A stretch of 64,000 nt of DNA. It comes from Calditrichia bacterium (GTDB taxonomy: Bacteria > Calditrichota > Calditrichia > RBG-13-44-9 > J075). Every line of letters begins with the position of its first letter. Positions within the stretch are counted from its first letter, which is position 1. Position numbers and translations under genes: made by a program. The notes under the pieces are model-generated. The model made no database searches. It was not told the DNA's origin and was given only the letters and a program-made list of their open reading frames with translations. Positions 17,708 to 28,247 of this stretch are shown one piece after another. The stretch spans positions 128,001 to 192,000 of the forward strand of contig JBOEGD010000001.1 in assembly GCA_050633245.1 (NCBI GenBank), in the 5' to 3' direction.

Positions 17708-19501
17708 ATGTCAAAAGATTTGAACGCATATAAGGTGCTTGTTTTAGGAGTTGATGAACGCGCGGCGCTGGCGGTTATCCGCTCGCTGGGGCGCAGAGAC
17801 ATTACCGTGCATCAGGGAAGTGACTTTGCCGGCTCTGTGTGCCAATACTCAAAATACAACTCAAAGGTGATTGAGTTTCCGAAAGCCGCACAAGACCCCG
17901 ATGCCTGGGTCGAACGTTTGATCGAGATCTTAAGCACAGAACAGTATGATCTGGTTATTCCAACTGCGGATAACTACTTAGTGCCAATGGCGCGCAATCG
18001 TGCAAAGCTTGAACCGCTTGCTAAGCTGGCAATTCCCGAAGATCGTGGATTTGAATATACCTATGACAAAGGAAAAACCTTCGAGCTGGCAGAGTCATTA
18101 GGTGTGCCGTGTCCACGCTCAGTGGAAATTAGCAGTACTGAAAATCTTGATGAAGTGCTGAAGGAATTTACCTTCCCGATTATCGTAAAGCCTGTTTCCT
18201 CAAAAGTGTGGCAGAAAAGCCAACGTTTTCAAATGGATGTCTCGCTGGTAAAAGATCGCGAAGCATTGGAAGCCAAGTTGAATCGGCAATTGAGTATCTG
18301 CCCGGCCTTGCTGCAAACATTTCACACTGGTGTTGGTGTTGGTCAGTATTTTCTGATGCAGGAAGGGCGCATGATCGCCGGCTTTCAGCATCAGCGTGTG
18401 CATGAACCACTTAAGGGCGGCGGCAGCAGCTATCGCAAAAGCCGCAAATTGGATGAAGAGCTTAAGGTGCATTCACTTAATATGTTGAGTGAGCTGAAAT
18501 GGACCGGCGTGGCAATGGTAGAATATAAACAGGATCTTAAGACCGGTGCTACCATTCTCATTGAAATTAATGGTCGCTTCTGGGGATCGCTACCGCTGGC
18601 ATTGCAGGCAGGTGTCGATTTCCCGTATTACCTTTTCGAAATGCTGGTGAATAAGAAGCTGCCTGACAACTTTGTTGAAGGTAAGGGCGTGCCCTATAAG
18701 GAAAATGTGTACTGCCGAAATTTTGCAAAAGACTTTGATTGGCTAAAGGAAAATATTCGCGCCGATAAATCTGATCCCTACAGCTTAACCGTTCCAATGC
18801 CTACCGTTCTTGCGGAAGCCCGCCACTGGTTTATGGGCCGCGATCATTTTGATACGCTACAACTAGACGATATGAAGCCGGGTATTAAGCATGTTAGCCG
18901 CTATATAAAAGGCAACTTTCAAGGAGCGGGGGAGAAGCTGCATAAGCTGGCGCTAAAGTTTAAATACGGCAAGAACCTACCGGTAATCTGGATGCGAAAG
19001 CGCAAATTAAAGCAGCTGTTGCATAAGAATGCAGACGTCAACTTTATATGTAAGGGCAATATCTGCCGCAGTCCTTTTGCGGAGTTCTACCTTAAAAAGC
19101 GCTTTGAAGAAAACGGGATGAACTCAATTCGCATTACCTCGGTTGGCACATTGCAAAAACAAAATAGGCAAAGCCCTGAGTTCGCAATAGAGGCGGCAGC
19201 AAGTTTTGATGTCGATATGCGTTCACATCGGTCAAAGATTATTACCCAGAATGATATTGACTCCTACGGCTTGTTGTTTGTAATGGACACCGAGCTTTAT
19301 GACAAAGTGCTCGAAGAATTCCCAAATGCAAAAGAAAAGCTGTTCTTTCTTGGCGAAATGGCTGACGGGTATCCGAAGGTCATTGATATTATCGATCCGT
19401 ACGGCAGCAAGGTGGGGAACTTCAAACGTATCTATAAGCAAATTATTACGTCTGTTGATGACCTCATCGGAACAATGAAGCAGCTGGGAATTGGCAAGTA
19501 A
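17708..19501 (+). CDS. ATP-grasp ligase fused to low-molecular-weight protein tyrosine phosphatase (Wzb-like)
   Basis: ATP-grasp motifs DK..TF.LA, VKP, VEYK, EINGRFWGS; C-terminal P-loop CKGNICRS and DPY. Confidence 0.88.
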   Translation: MSKDLNAYKVLVLGVDERAALAVIRSLGRRDITVHQGSDFAGSVCQYSKYNSKVIEFPKAAQDPDAWVERLIEILSTEQYDLVIPTADNYLVPMARNRAKLEPLAKLAIPEDRGFEYTYDKGKTFELAESLGVPCPRSVEISSTENLDEVLKEFTFPIIVKPVSSKVWQKSQRFQMDVSLVKDREALEAKLNRQLSICPALLQTFHTGVGVGQYFLMQEGRMIAGFQHQRVHEPLKGGGSSYRKSRKLDEELKVHSLNMLSELKWTGVAMVEYKQDLKTGATILIEINGRFWGSLPLALQAGVDFPYYLFEMLVNKKLPDNFVEGKGVPYKENVYCRNFAKDFDWLKENIRADKSDPYSLTVPMPTVLAEARHWFMGRDHFDTLQLDDMKPGIKHVSRYIKGNFQGAGEKLHKLALKFKYGKNLPVIWMRKRKLKQLLHKNADVNFICKGNICRSPFAEFYLKKRFEENGMNSIRITSVGTLQKQNRQSPEFAIEAAASFDVDMRSHRSKIITQNDIDSYGLLFVMDTELYDKVLEEFPNAKEKLFFLGEMADGYPKVIDIIDPYGSKVGNFKRIYKQIITSVDDLIGTMKQLGIGK

Positions 19502-19539
19502 GGACTCTGCATTGCGACTATGAAAGATGACACTATAAA

Positions 19540-20718
19540 ATGATTACGACTGATAAAAAGCTACACGTTGCACATTTGGTAAATTATCTGGGCCCCGCGG
19601 GAAAAGAACGCGGTATCATGAAGCTAATAGATAATATAGATTCAGAGCGCTTCGACAACACCATTGTCTGTGTGAATGCGATTCGCGAGCATGCCGGAAT
19701 GGATTATAGCCGCTTTCGAATAATAAACCTGGATATGCCGCTTGGCAACAATTTCCAACTACCGTTTGTTCTAAAGAAGCTTTTCAAAGAAGAGAAGTTC
19801 GATATTGTGCATACCCGCTCGTGGGGAACGCTGCTCGAAGGTGTTATGGGGGCAAAGCTGGCCGGAGCACCGGTCGTTATTCATGGTGAACATGGAACTT
19901 TCCCGGAAAAATGGCCGCATACGCTGCTACAGAATATGTTTTGGCGCTGGGCTGATCAGATGGTGACTGTCTCTGCTGAGCTCGGTAAACGCCTTAGTGG
20001 CTCAACCGGTTTTCCCTTCGAGCGCATGCAGCATCTGTTGAATGGCGTTGATGATAGCCTTTTCTTTACTGATGACAAACTTCGTTTCGAATTTCGACAA
20101 CGCTTTAACTTTGAAGAAGACGACTTTGTTGTTGGCACCATTGGCCGCTTCTATCCAGTAAAGAATCATCCCATGCTCTACCGTGCGGCAAAGCGTCTGA
20201 AGGATCGTGGTGAAAAAATAAAGCTGGCAATTGTTGGTGGAACAACAAGCCCGCTTTGGCAAAAGCAGGTCGAGGATCTCATCGCTGAACTGGATATCGG
20301 AGATGTGGTCAATTTGCTGGGCTTCCACCAGGAAGTAAACATGATGTTGAACGGTATGGATATTTTTGCACTCACCTCATTTAGTGAAGGTTGTTCCAAT
20401 GTGATTCAGGAAGCCATATTTGCCGGCGTTCCGGTTATCGCAACCGAGGTTGGTGGAAATCCCGAGCTGGTTCAGCATAATAAAACGGGGATGCTGGTTC
20501 CAAGTGATGATGATGAAGCACTTGCCGATCGTATTCTTGAACTGAAAAATGATAGCGCCAGGCGTTTTGAACTGCGAGATAAAGCGCTCGAAAATGCGCG
20601 CGAGAACTTTTCGTTGCGTAGTATGATAGAACGCTATGAAAATCTTTACATATCCACCTACAGCAAGAAATTCCCCAACTCTGAGAAAATCAAGACGATA
20701 AAGGCTGTAAATGTCTAA
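19540..20718 (+). CDS. Glycosyltransferase family 4 (PEP-CTERM-locus type)
   Basis: HGEHG, NGVD, GRFYPVKN, SEG.SN..QEA, VGGNPELV. Confidence 0.9.
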   Translation: MITTDKKLHVAHLVNYLGPAGKERGIMKLIDNIDSERFDNTIVCVNAIREHAGMDYSRFRIINLDMPLGNNFQLPFVLKKLFKEEKFDIVHTRSWGTLLEGVMGAKLAGAPVVIHGEHGTFPEKWPHTLLQNMFWRWADQMVTVSAELGKRLSGSTGFPFERMQHLLNGVDDSLFFTDDKLRFEFRQRFNFEEDDFVVGTIGRFYPVKNHPMLYRAAKRLKDRGEKIKLAIVGGTTSPLWQKQVEDLIAELDIGDVVNLLGFHQEVNMMLNGMDIFALTSFSEGCSNVIQEAIFAGVPVIATEVGGNPELVQHNKTGMLVPSDDDEALADRILELKNDSARRFELRDKALENARENFSLRSMIERYENLYISTYSKKFPNSEKIKTIKAVNV

Positions 20719-22231
20719 GAAAGATATTGGCTCCCAGGCCAAGGAAGGATTGTTCTGGACTCTCTTTTTTCATGGAATCCAGTTTTTCCTGAGGATGGGG
20801 AGCAGCATTATACTTGCGCGTATTCTCTTTCCGGAAGATTTTGGGCTGATGGCTCTTGCCTCTATCGCTATCCAGCTCGCTCGCCGAATGGCCAACTTCG
20901 GCTTTTCGATGGTACTGGTTCAGTTAAAGGAGATTAAGCAGGAACACCTCGATACGGTTTTCATGCTCAATACGTTTCTTATTGGAATTGTCGCTACTTC
21001 ACTCTATTTCGCAGCACCATTTTTAGCTGATTTCTTCAGCAATGAGAAGCTTGAAGCCATTATTATGGTGTTGGCACTCGACTTTTTTCTGCGAAGCTTT
21101 GCCAGTGTGCCCGGTGCAACGATGCGCCGTGCTATGCGCTTTAAAGAAATAAATATTATCGATACCGCTTCGCGAACCTGTATGATCGTCGGAACTGTTA
21201 CACTGGCCATTATGGGATATGGTGTATGGGCGCTCGTTTATGGAACGATGATTGGAACAGTTGTCGGTGGAACATCGACGTTTATCGTATCTCGCTGGCG
21301 TCCGACATTCCGTTTTCGCATGTGGGCGTTAAAAGATTGTTTTGCCTTTGGCATGTGGGTATACGTTACGGTTTTTATCAACTACGGCATTAACAAAATT
21401 GACTACTTTATTATCGGTCGCTTCCTGGGAGCAACTCAGCTTGGCTTTTATGAGCGTGCCTTCGATTTAATGAGCCTGCCGCGTAAGCGTCTGGTTAAGA
21501 AGGTTAACAGCGTTGTTTTTGCAACGTATTCGCGAATTCAGGATGATGATAAGCGTCTGGTAAAAGGCTTACTAAAGGTTACCCGCTATTTAGCGGTTGT
21601 CGCTTTCCCAATAATGGGCTGGCTCTTTTTAGCCGCACCGTCATTTATTCCTGTTGTTTATGGAGAAAAATGGTTGCCTGCGGTTCTGCCGCTTCAGATT
21701 ATGTGTCTTAGCGGACTCTTTGATTCATTTACACTGCTATTCGAGCCGATGCTACAGGCTCGTGGTTGGGTTGGTAATCAGGCGCGCCGCAAAGGTCTTT
21801 ATCTATTGGTGCTAGCCGGATCGGTATATGCCGGAATTGAATGGGGCATCGTTGGTGTCTCAATTGGTGTTGCTGCGGCCTCTATAGTGCATCTTGGACT
21901 GATGATGAATATTACACTAAAGCGACTCCCCATAACTATACTACAGTTTTTGGGAGCGATGCGTGCTCCATTGGTATATTCGCTGATAATGCTCGGAGTC
22001 GTTTCAATGGCAAAGTGGCTCGCGGAACCTCACTTTGGGGTTCATTCTCTTGAGACGCTGCTGATAGTTTCTGTATTGGCGCCATTAACCTACTTAGGAT
22101 CACACTACATAATTCGCTTTCAGGATGTCGAGGACATTATATCTGAGCTTATGGGTGGATTGAAAAAGGTGTTGCGTAAGGTGCCCGTTGTTAAGAACAT
22201 GGCTTTTGTTCAGAAAAAGAAAAAGGCGTAA
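20711..22231 (+). CDS. wzx: Polysaccharide flippase (WzxC-like)
   Basis: ILARIL.PEDFGL, DYFIIGRFLG...LGFY.RA, YGEKW; multi-TM. Confidence 0.88.
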   Translation: MSKKDIGSQAKEGLFWTLFFHGIQFFLRMGSSIILARILFPEDFGLMALASIAIQLARRMANFGFSMVLVQLKEIKQEHLDTVFMLNTFLIGIVATSLYFAAPFLADFFSNEKLEAIIMVLALDFFLRSFASVPGATMRRAMRFKEINIIDTASRTCMIVGTVTLAIMGYGVWALVYGTMIGTVVGGTSTFIVSRWRPTFRFRMWALKDCFAFGMWVYVTVFINYGINKIDYFIIGRFLGATQLGFYERAFDLMSLPRKRLVKKVNSVVFATYSRIQDDDKRLVKGLLKVTRYLAVVAFPIMGWLFLAAPSFIPVVYGEKWLPAVLPLQIMCLSGLFDSFTLLFEPMLQARGWVGNQARRKGLYLLVLAGSVYAGIEWGIVGVSIGVAAASIVHLGLMMNITLKRLPITILQFLGAMRAPLVYSLIMLGVVSMAKWLAEPHFGVHSLETLLIVSVLAPLTYLGSHYIIRFQDVEDIISELMGGLKKVLRKVPVVKNMAFVQKKKKA

Positions 22232-22236
22232 GGAAA

Positions 22237-23268
22237 ATGTCTTTACAGCAATCCATTGATGAAATTAAACCTGCGATGTGGGAAGATGCCTTTCCAATCG
22301 GCACTTTTCAGGGGCTGGAAGTCGATAAGGTAATTAGTCGTCCATTCTCGCGAGTCGCCCGTTGTCTGGTTAAGGGCAGTGCCGAGACGCGCGCTGTCTT
22401 TGTGAAGGTCTATCGCAATATCATGGATAAACCAAGTGCAGAGTATGTTGAAAAAATTCAGCGTGAATACGATATTACCAAGTTTTGGTACGAGCTATTA
22501 GAAGGTTCGGAACAGTTCTGTGTGGTGAAGCCTCTATTGGTTCTTCCTGAGAAGTTTATTTTTGTGAGTGAAGAAAGCCGTGGTGAAAATCTTTTTGATA
22601 TGATTACGCAGAATGCCGGTTTCTTTTCATCATCCGCGGATATGGAGCAGCTGACAAAGGCAATGTTCAATGTAGGAAGCTGGCTTCAGTATAAAGAAAC
22701 CAGGCTGTCCCCGGAAGAGGGACTTTATTCTATTCCCGATCTTCTTGATTATGTCAATGTACGCCTTGAGATTCTCGATGCCTTGCCGGGTAAACCGTTA
22801 CCGCTTAGCTATCAACAACGTATTAGGGCTTTCTTTAGGAGTTATGGAGATACTGTCGCTGATGAAGAACGACGAATGACGATTACCCATAGCGATTTTA
22901 ACCCCGGTAATATTCTGGTCGACAATGAAACGGTAACAGTCTTAGACTTTGGGCGTCGGGTTACAGAGTCATATCTGCTTGACGTTTGTAAGCTGCATTT
23001 TCAGCTGTACGTGCTGACCTTTAAGCCGCAGTTTCGTTCCGCGACGATTGCCAAATTGCAAAAAGCGCTTCTGGATGGATTTGGCGATCCCAATGCCGAC
23101 CAGAAGCTGATGTTTCGCTTTTTGACAATCCGAAATATAATTACGCATCTTACGAACCTACAGCGCTCAAAACAGCCGTCTGTAAAAGCGCGAGTTTACA
23201 ATCAATACGTATTGCGTAAGGAGCTGAAGCGGCTCGACGAACTTTTAAAAGACATCCCTAAAATTTGA
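22237..23268 (+). CDS. APH/choline-kinase-like phosphotransferase
   Basis: VFVK Lys, Brenner motif HSDFNPGNILV, DFG. Confidence 0.78.
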   Translation: MSLQQSIDEIKPAMWEDAFPIGTFQGLEVDKVISRPFSRVARCLVKGSAETRAVFVKVYRNIMDKPSAEYVEKIQREYDITKFWYELLEGSEQFCVVKPLLVLPEKFIFVSEESRGENLFDMITQNAGFFSSSADMEQLTKAMFNVGSWLQYKETRLSPEEGLYSIPDLLDYVNVRLEILDALPGKPLPLSYQQRIRAFFRSYGDTVADEERRMTITHSDFNPGNILVDNETVTVLDFGRRVTESYLLDVCKLHFQLYVLTFKPQFRSATIAKLQKALLDGFGDPNADQKLMFRFLTIRNIITHLTNLQRSKQPSVKARVYNQYVLRKELKRLDELLKDIPKI

Positions 23269-23495
23269 TTTAGTGCAATAGTGGATAAGTGTATTATGCT
23301 TTTCTTTTTATATAACAATTCTGGTTCAAGCACTTCTTTTCCGGAAAAACTATGGAATTCAGCGCATTGTTCACCTTGTTCTAATGCGGCCAAGAGTAAA
23401 GGGAATGCTGGTTCTCAGAATGTCTCTTCTTATTGTTACTTAAGCATGGTAAATCTCATGTCTTTGGGCTTGCATTTAGAATTGGGGGATGCATT

Positions 23496-24506
23496 GTGAA
23501 AACACTATTAAAGACGGCTTATTTCTCGTTTTTTAAGCTCTGCGGAGTGTACTCGAGTAAGCGTCGGGCCAATCGTGATAAAGCCATTGTGCTTACATAT
23601 CATGGTGTTGTGCCATCTATTGCTGCTGATGAGCTTGAGTATGAATATCGCAATTTTGTAACGACAGCTCAGTTCGAGAAACAGCTTAGATTTATGTTGA
23701 AGCACTATCGACCGCTTAAGGTCGCTGATTTTTGCGATCCGGATGCAGATTTGTCCGGCGGTTTTTTGATTACCTTCGATGATGGCTTTCGCAATAATCT
23801 GCACCATGCGGCGCCGGTTTTGAAAAAGCTGGGCGTTGAAGGATGCTTTTTTATAACGACCGGACTGATAGGAACGCGCAACTTCCTCTGGACTGAACTG
23901 GTAACACGGCTGTTGCACAATACCAATATTCCGGACGTAAAACTGCAGCTGGATTCACAAAAAACCTTTTCGTTGCGCACAAAAGAAGATCGTGAACAGG
24001 CCTCTGAGAAAATTCGCAAATATATGAAGGTGCAGCCATTGGCAAGAATGCGCGAGGTACTGCAATCACTACAGGAGCAGTTAACCGATGTGTCTCTTAC
24101 GGTTGGACCAAATGAAGAAGAACGGTATCTGTTTATGACCTGGGATGAAGTAAAGGAACTCGCCGGAGAAGCCGGCCAGGCAGTTGCTGCTCATACGCAC
24201 ACTCATCCCATGCTATCGTCATTAACCGAGGACGAAAGCCTTTTCGAGCTAAAGAAGTCTAAAGAACTTTTGGAAGAACATCTTGGTACGCCTGTGTTGG
24301 CAATGAGTTATCCCAACGGCCAGCGTGAAAACTATTCGCAGACTCAGTTGAACCAGCTGAAAAAGCTTGGTTATGCCTGCGCGTTTACGCAGGTACCGCT
24401 ATTTAACGACAAGACGCGTGAGCAGTATGAGTTGCGCCGAGTGAATATTTCACATAAAATGAACCTTTCTGTTTTTGAAGCTATTACCTGTGGATTCAAA
24501 AACTAA
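23496..24506 (+). CDS. Polysaccharide deacetylase (CE4/NodB)
   Basis: LTYHGV, TFDDG, HTHTHP, SYPNG. GTG 23496 follows GGGGGA. Confidence 0.88.
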   Translation: MKTLLKTAYFSFFKLCGVYSSKRRANRDKAIVLTYHGVVPSIAADELEYEYRNFVTTAQFEKQLRFMLKHYRPLKVADFCDPDADLSGGFLITFDDGFRNNLHHAAPVLKKLGVEGCFFITTGLIGTRNFLWTELVTRLLHNTNIPDVKLQLDSQKTFSLRTKEDREQASEKIRKYMKVQPLARMREVLQSLQEQLTDVSLTVGPNEEERYLFMTWDEVKELAGEAGQAVAAHTHTHPMLSSLTEDESLFELKKSKELLEEHLGTPVLAMSYPNGQRENYSQTQLNQLKKLGYACAFTQVPLFNDKTREQYELRRVNISHKMNLSVFEAITCGFKN

Positions 24507-24544
24507 TTGAAGAAAAATTAAACTTTCTACTCTGGAATAGCACT

Positions 24545-25603
24545 ATGAAAAAAGAGACCTCGTCAGTGGATGATGTTGTAGAAACGTCAGCAACGCTTAC
24601 AGAAAAAGAACGCCGTATTCGCCAGATTAAGAATTCACCGCCGATATTTATTATTGGATCACAGCGTTCTGGAACATCCTTTCTGTATCGTCTGGTGCAG
24701 TCCTATTTAAAAATAGGGTTCGGCCGGGATAATGGAAACTTTGTCCGGATGATGGAAATGCTGCGCTTTTACGGAGATCTGACTGAAGAAGTAAATATTC
24801 GTCGTCTATTAAAGGATATTCTTGCTATTCCCGAGTTTAAAAAGCGCTTTAAAGGACTCGAGATCGATCCTGATCATTTCATTGCCAATCTGGAAGAGAG
24901 AAGCTATGCCGAAGTCGTACGACGCTTCTATGCGGAATGGGCTTATTTTAAAGACACCGACCGCTGGGGTGGCAAAACCCCTGACTACTCCATCTATGCT
25001 AACGAGTTGTATAGCTTGTTCCCAGATGCCAAGTTTATTCATATTATACGCGATGGACGGGATGTTGCACTCTCGCTATTCAAGCTGGAGTGGGGACCAG
25101 AATCCCCAATGCAAGCTGCCAAACACTGGAAAGATCGCGCAAAATCTGCTTTGGAATTCGGCAAAAAGCTCACCGGAAAAACCTATATGGAATTACGCTA
25201 TGAAGGTTTGTTGGACAATCCGGAAAAGGAGTTTGCCCGCATTGTTCACTTTATAGAATATGAGGGTGATCGCGAAGCATTGATCGAGCAATTTAACCGT
25301 GAGATAGAAGGCAAAATAAAGCAAGGTAATTACAATAAGTGGAAACGCGAGATGTCTCCTCGTCAAATAAAAGCGTTTGAACGTGTAAGTGGCGATTTAC
25401 TTGATGAGCTTGGCTATGAGATTACAAACTCTTCTGAAACGTTGGCCAATAAGCCCGGCCCAATAGCCTGGACAATGGACCATGCAGAAAATCTGCTTCG
25501 TAAACTCGCTCGCGGACAAGGATTCCTGGGATTATGGAATCGCATTCGTCGCTTTTTTAAGGACAATTTTGTGAAATTATCCTTCTATTTAGGACGGAGG
25601 TAG
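24545..25603 (+). CDS. PAPS-dependent sulfotransferase
   Basis: 5'-PSB loop GSQRSGTS, WGGKTP, 3'-PB motif HIIRDGRDVALS, RYE.L. Confidence 0.9.
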   Translation: MKKETSSVDDVVETSATLTEKERRIRQIKNSPPIFIIGSQRSGTSFLYRLVQSYLKIGFGRDNGNFVRMMEMLRFYGDLTEEVNIRRLLKDILAIPEFKKRFKGLEIDPDHFIANLEERSYAEVVRRFYAEWAYFKDTDRWGGKTPDYSIYANELYSLFPDAKFIHIIRDGRDVALSLFKLEWGPESPMQAAKHWKDRAKSALEFGKKLTGKTYMELRYEGLLDNPEKEFARIVHFIEYEGDREALIEQFNREIEGKIKQGNYNKWKREMSPRQIKAFERVSGDLLDELGYEITNSSETLANKPGPIAWTMDHAENLLRKLARGQGFLGLWNRIRRFFKDNFVKLSFYLGRR

Positions 25604-25774
25604 AGTATTATTGCAGCATGCACAACCCAAATTTAGCATATCTGATACTGCTATAACACAGCTGTTGCAGTCTGCAAATCAGATGGCATTACCAGAAGCA
25701 TAATTCGCTGCCGAAGTGCACTTCTAACGAAGCTCTGTTGAACTCAAATCTGCTGTGGAAGCTAACGATAAAAC

Positions 25775-27226
25775 ATGTTGTTTAATTCTTACGATTTTTT
25801 ATTATTTTTCCCCACGGTAGTCGCCGCTTATTTTCTTCTTCCCGACCGCTTTCGCTGGATGTTCTTATTGGGCGCAAGCTATTATTTTTACATGTGTTGG
25901 AAAGCTGAATACATCGTATTAATCCTGCTTTCCACAGTTATTGATTATGTTGCAGCTCTGCAAATGAGTCGTTCCGAAAACCCGGTCAGGCGCAAGAGCC
26001 TGCTGGTTCTAAGCCTCTGTGCGAACCTTGGTGTGCTCTTCTCCTTCAAATACGCAAACTTCTTTGGCGATTCAATTAATGGCTTACTGAATCAGTTTAA
26101 TATTGCCGCCGGCGTTCCCTATTTGGATGTGTTGCTTCCGGTTGGGATTTCTTTTTACACGTTTCAAAGCATGAGTTATTCGATAGACGTTTATCGTGGC
26201 GAGAAGGAAGCCGAAACACATTTCGGCAAATTCGCCCTTTACGTGTCCTTCTTTCCGCAATTGGTCGCCGGGCCTATTGAACGCTCAACGCGCTTACTGC
26301 CACAGTTTCATCGCGCGGTGCATTTTGATTGGGAACGCGTCGTTTCGGGTTTGCGGCTTATGTTATGGGGCTTTTTTAAAAAGCTGGTAATAGCAGACCG
26401 CCTGGCAATTTACGTCAATGAAGCCTATAATCAGCCAGGCGAAGTTACCGGAGCTGCGTTGCTATTGGCAACCTACTTTTTTGCTTTCCAAATTTACTGC
26501 GATTTCTCAGGTTATTCCGATATTGCAATCGGTACTGCGCGAATTCTGGGTTTCGATCTGATGAACAACTTTCGTCAGCCATATTTCTCCCGCTCGATCT
26601 CTGAGTTCTGGGGGCGCTGGCACATTTCACTCTCCACTTGGTTTCGCGATTATTTGTATATTCCGCTGGGTGGAAATCGCGTCAGTAAACAGCGCTGGTA
26701 TGTTAACCTAATGGCAGTATTTTTAATTAGCGGATTGTGGCACGGAGCCAACTGGACTTTCTTCTGGTGGGGATTTCTGCACGGTCTGTATCTAATATGG
26801 GCACTCGTTTCACAATCTTATCGAGATCGTTTTAAAAGCCGCATGGGAATTGGAGCTACATCCTGGCTAAATAAAGGGCTGCAGATATTTGTAACGTTTA
26901 ATCTGGTCTGCCTGGCATGGGTCTTTTTTCGTGCTAACTCGATTCAGGACGCTTTCTATATTCTGCAAACTATTGCGCAAACAGATTGGCTGTCCATTCG
27001 GCCGAGAGACATAAATATTGCACTTGGCTGGGGTGAGCTTTTACTGGCTTTTGCAGCTATTGGATTTATGGAAGCTGTGCATATTACCCAGGCAACGGGG
27101 AAGTTAGAGCAGCTTTTTACTCCCGCAAGAAGGTCATTGCGTTGGGCAGTTTACTATACGCTGATTCTGAGTATTCTCTTTTTCGGCGTATTTAATCGCA
27201 GCGAATTTATTTACTTTCAGTTTTGA
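25775..27226 (+). CDS. MBOAT O-acyltransferase (AlgI/PatA/DltB-like)
   Basis: LPVGISFYTFQ, FFPQLVAGPIER, DFSGYSDIAIG, WHISLSTWFRDY, SGLWHGANWTF, FIYFQF. Confidence 0.93.
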   Translation: MLFNSYDFLLFFPTVVAAYFLLPDRFRWMFLLGASYYFYMCWKAEYIVLILLSTVIDYVAALQMSRSENPVRRKSLLVLSLCANLGVLFSFKYANFFGDSINGLLNQFNIAAGVPYLDVLLPVGISFYTFQSMSYSIDVYRGEKEAETHFGKFALYVSFFPQLVAGPIERSTRLLPQFHRAVHFDWERVVSGLRLMLWGFFKKLVIADRLAIYVNEAYNQPGEVTGAALLLATYFFAFQIYCDFSGYSDIAIGTARILGFDLMNNFRQPYFSRSISEFWGRWHISLSTWFRDYLYIPLGGNRVSKQRWYVNLMAVFLISGLWHGANWTFFWWGFLHGLYLIWALVSQSYRDRFKSRMGIGATSWLNKGLQIFVTFNLVCLAWVFFRANSIQDAFYILQTIAQTDWLSIRPRDINIALGWGELLLAFAAIGFMEAVHITQATGKLEQLFTPARRSLRWAVYYTLILSILFFGVFNRSEFIYFQF

Positions 27227-27236
27227 GCAATGGATT

Positions 27237-28247
27237 ATGAGCAATAAAACAATTTCACCAGCTTCTCTGATACTGCGAGTTGCCATGTTCGTCGGCATCT
27301 TTGGGGTGTTATATGGTATTTGCATTGTTGTTTTTCCACAGGTGAAGGTGGGAAGTACGACAGTCATGAAATTAGCTGCGCGCAATCCGGTCTCGCCCGG
27401 TGGCTTTGGTTATACGCTGCAGCGCTTTCGTGATGTGGAAAAATATAGAGAGGTGGATATCCTGTTTCTCGGATCTTCCCATGCTTACCGCACTTATGAT
27501 ACGCGCGTTTATGAGGAAGCAGGCTACAGTGCCTTTAACATGGGGACTACCGGTCAAACCCCGCTTAATAGCTACTATCTGATGAAGCGCTACTGGCAGC
27601 AGCTCCAACCCAGGGTTGTGGTATTGGATTTGGTGTATCGCGTTATTGATCGTGATGGGTTGGAGTGTTTCTACGATCTCTCTTCCAATATGTCGTATTC
27701 CAAAGAGTTTCTGCAAATGGCGCTGGAAATCCACAGCCCTTATGCCATTAATGCGTCTTTGGGAATGTGGAGCAGCAGCCTAATTGGAGATGATGCCCCT
27801 GAGGCGCGTCAGAAGCTACTTCGCAATGAGTTTTACATCCCGGGTGGCTATGTTGAGTTTGAGACCTGGAATAACGATAGTGTTGGAACCGGGCCGATTA
27901 AAACAAGTCACATTGAGCCCAACCCACAGCAGCTGCGTTTTATTCGTAAGATAATCTATTTTGCTCGTCGCAATGGCGCCAAGGTTGTTCTTGTAACGAA
28001 ACCGGAGCCACGTGAGAACCTGGTAATTTGCGCTAATTATGATGAACTCTCTGCGACGTTCGCGAACATTGCGGCGAAAGCAGGAGAACAATTCTGGGAT
28101 TTTAATCGGATTATGGAGCCACTCGATTGGCATAAGCACTTTCACGATCGCGAATACCTCAATGCACCGGGAGTGCTTATATACAATAGCTTTCTTTTGG
28201 AAAAGCTTCGAAACGAGGGTTACCTGCATACTGCTGATAATGAATAA
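27237..28247 (+). CDS. SGNH-like periplasmic partner of the MBOAT (AlgJ/DltD-like)
   Basis: N-terminal TM, LFLGSSH, FNMG, C-terminal FHDREYLN (DxxH position is Tyr); directly after the MBOAT gene. Confidence 0.7.
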   Translation: MSNKTISPASLILRVAMFVGIFGVLYGICIVVFPQVKVGSTTVMKLAARNPVSPGGFGYTLQRFRDVEKYREVDILFLGSSHAYRTYDTRVYEEAGYSAFNMGTTGQTPLNSYYLMKRYWQQLQPRVVVLDLVYRVIDRDGLECFYDLSSNMSYSKEFLQMALEIHSPYAINASLGMWSSSLIGDDAPEARQKLLRNEFYIPGGYVEFETWNNDSVGTGPIKTSHIEPNPQQLRFIRKIIYFARRNGAKVVLVTKPEPRENLVICANYDELSATFANIAAKAGEQFWDFNRIMEPLDWHKHFHDREYLNAPGVLIYNSFLLEKLRNEGYLHTADNE

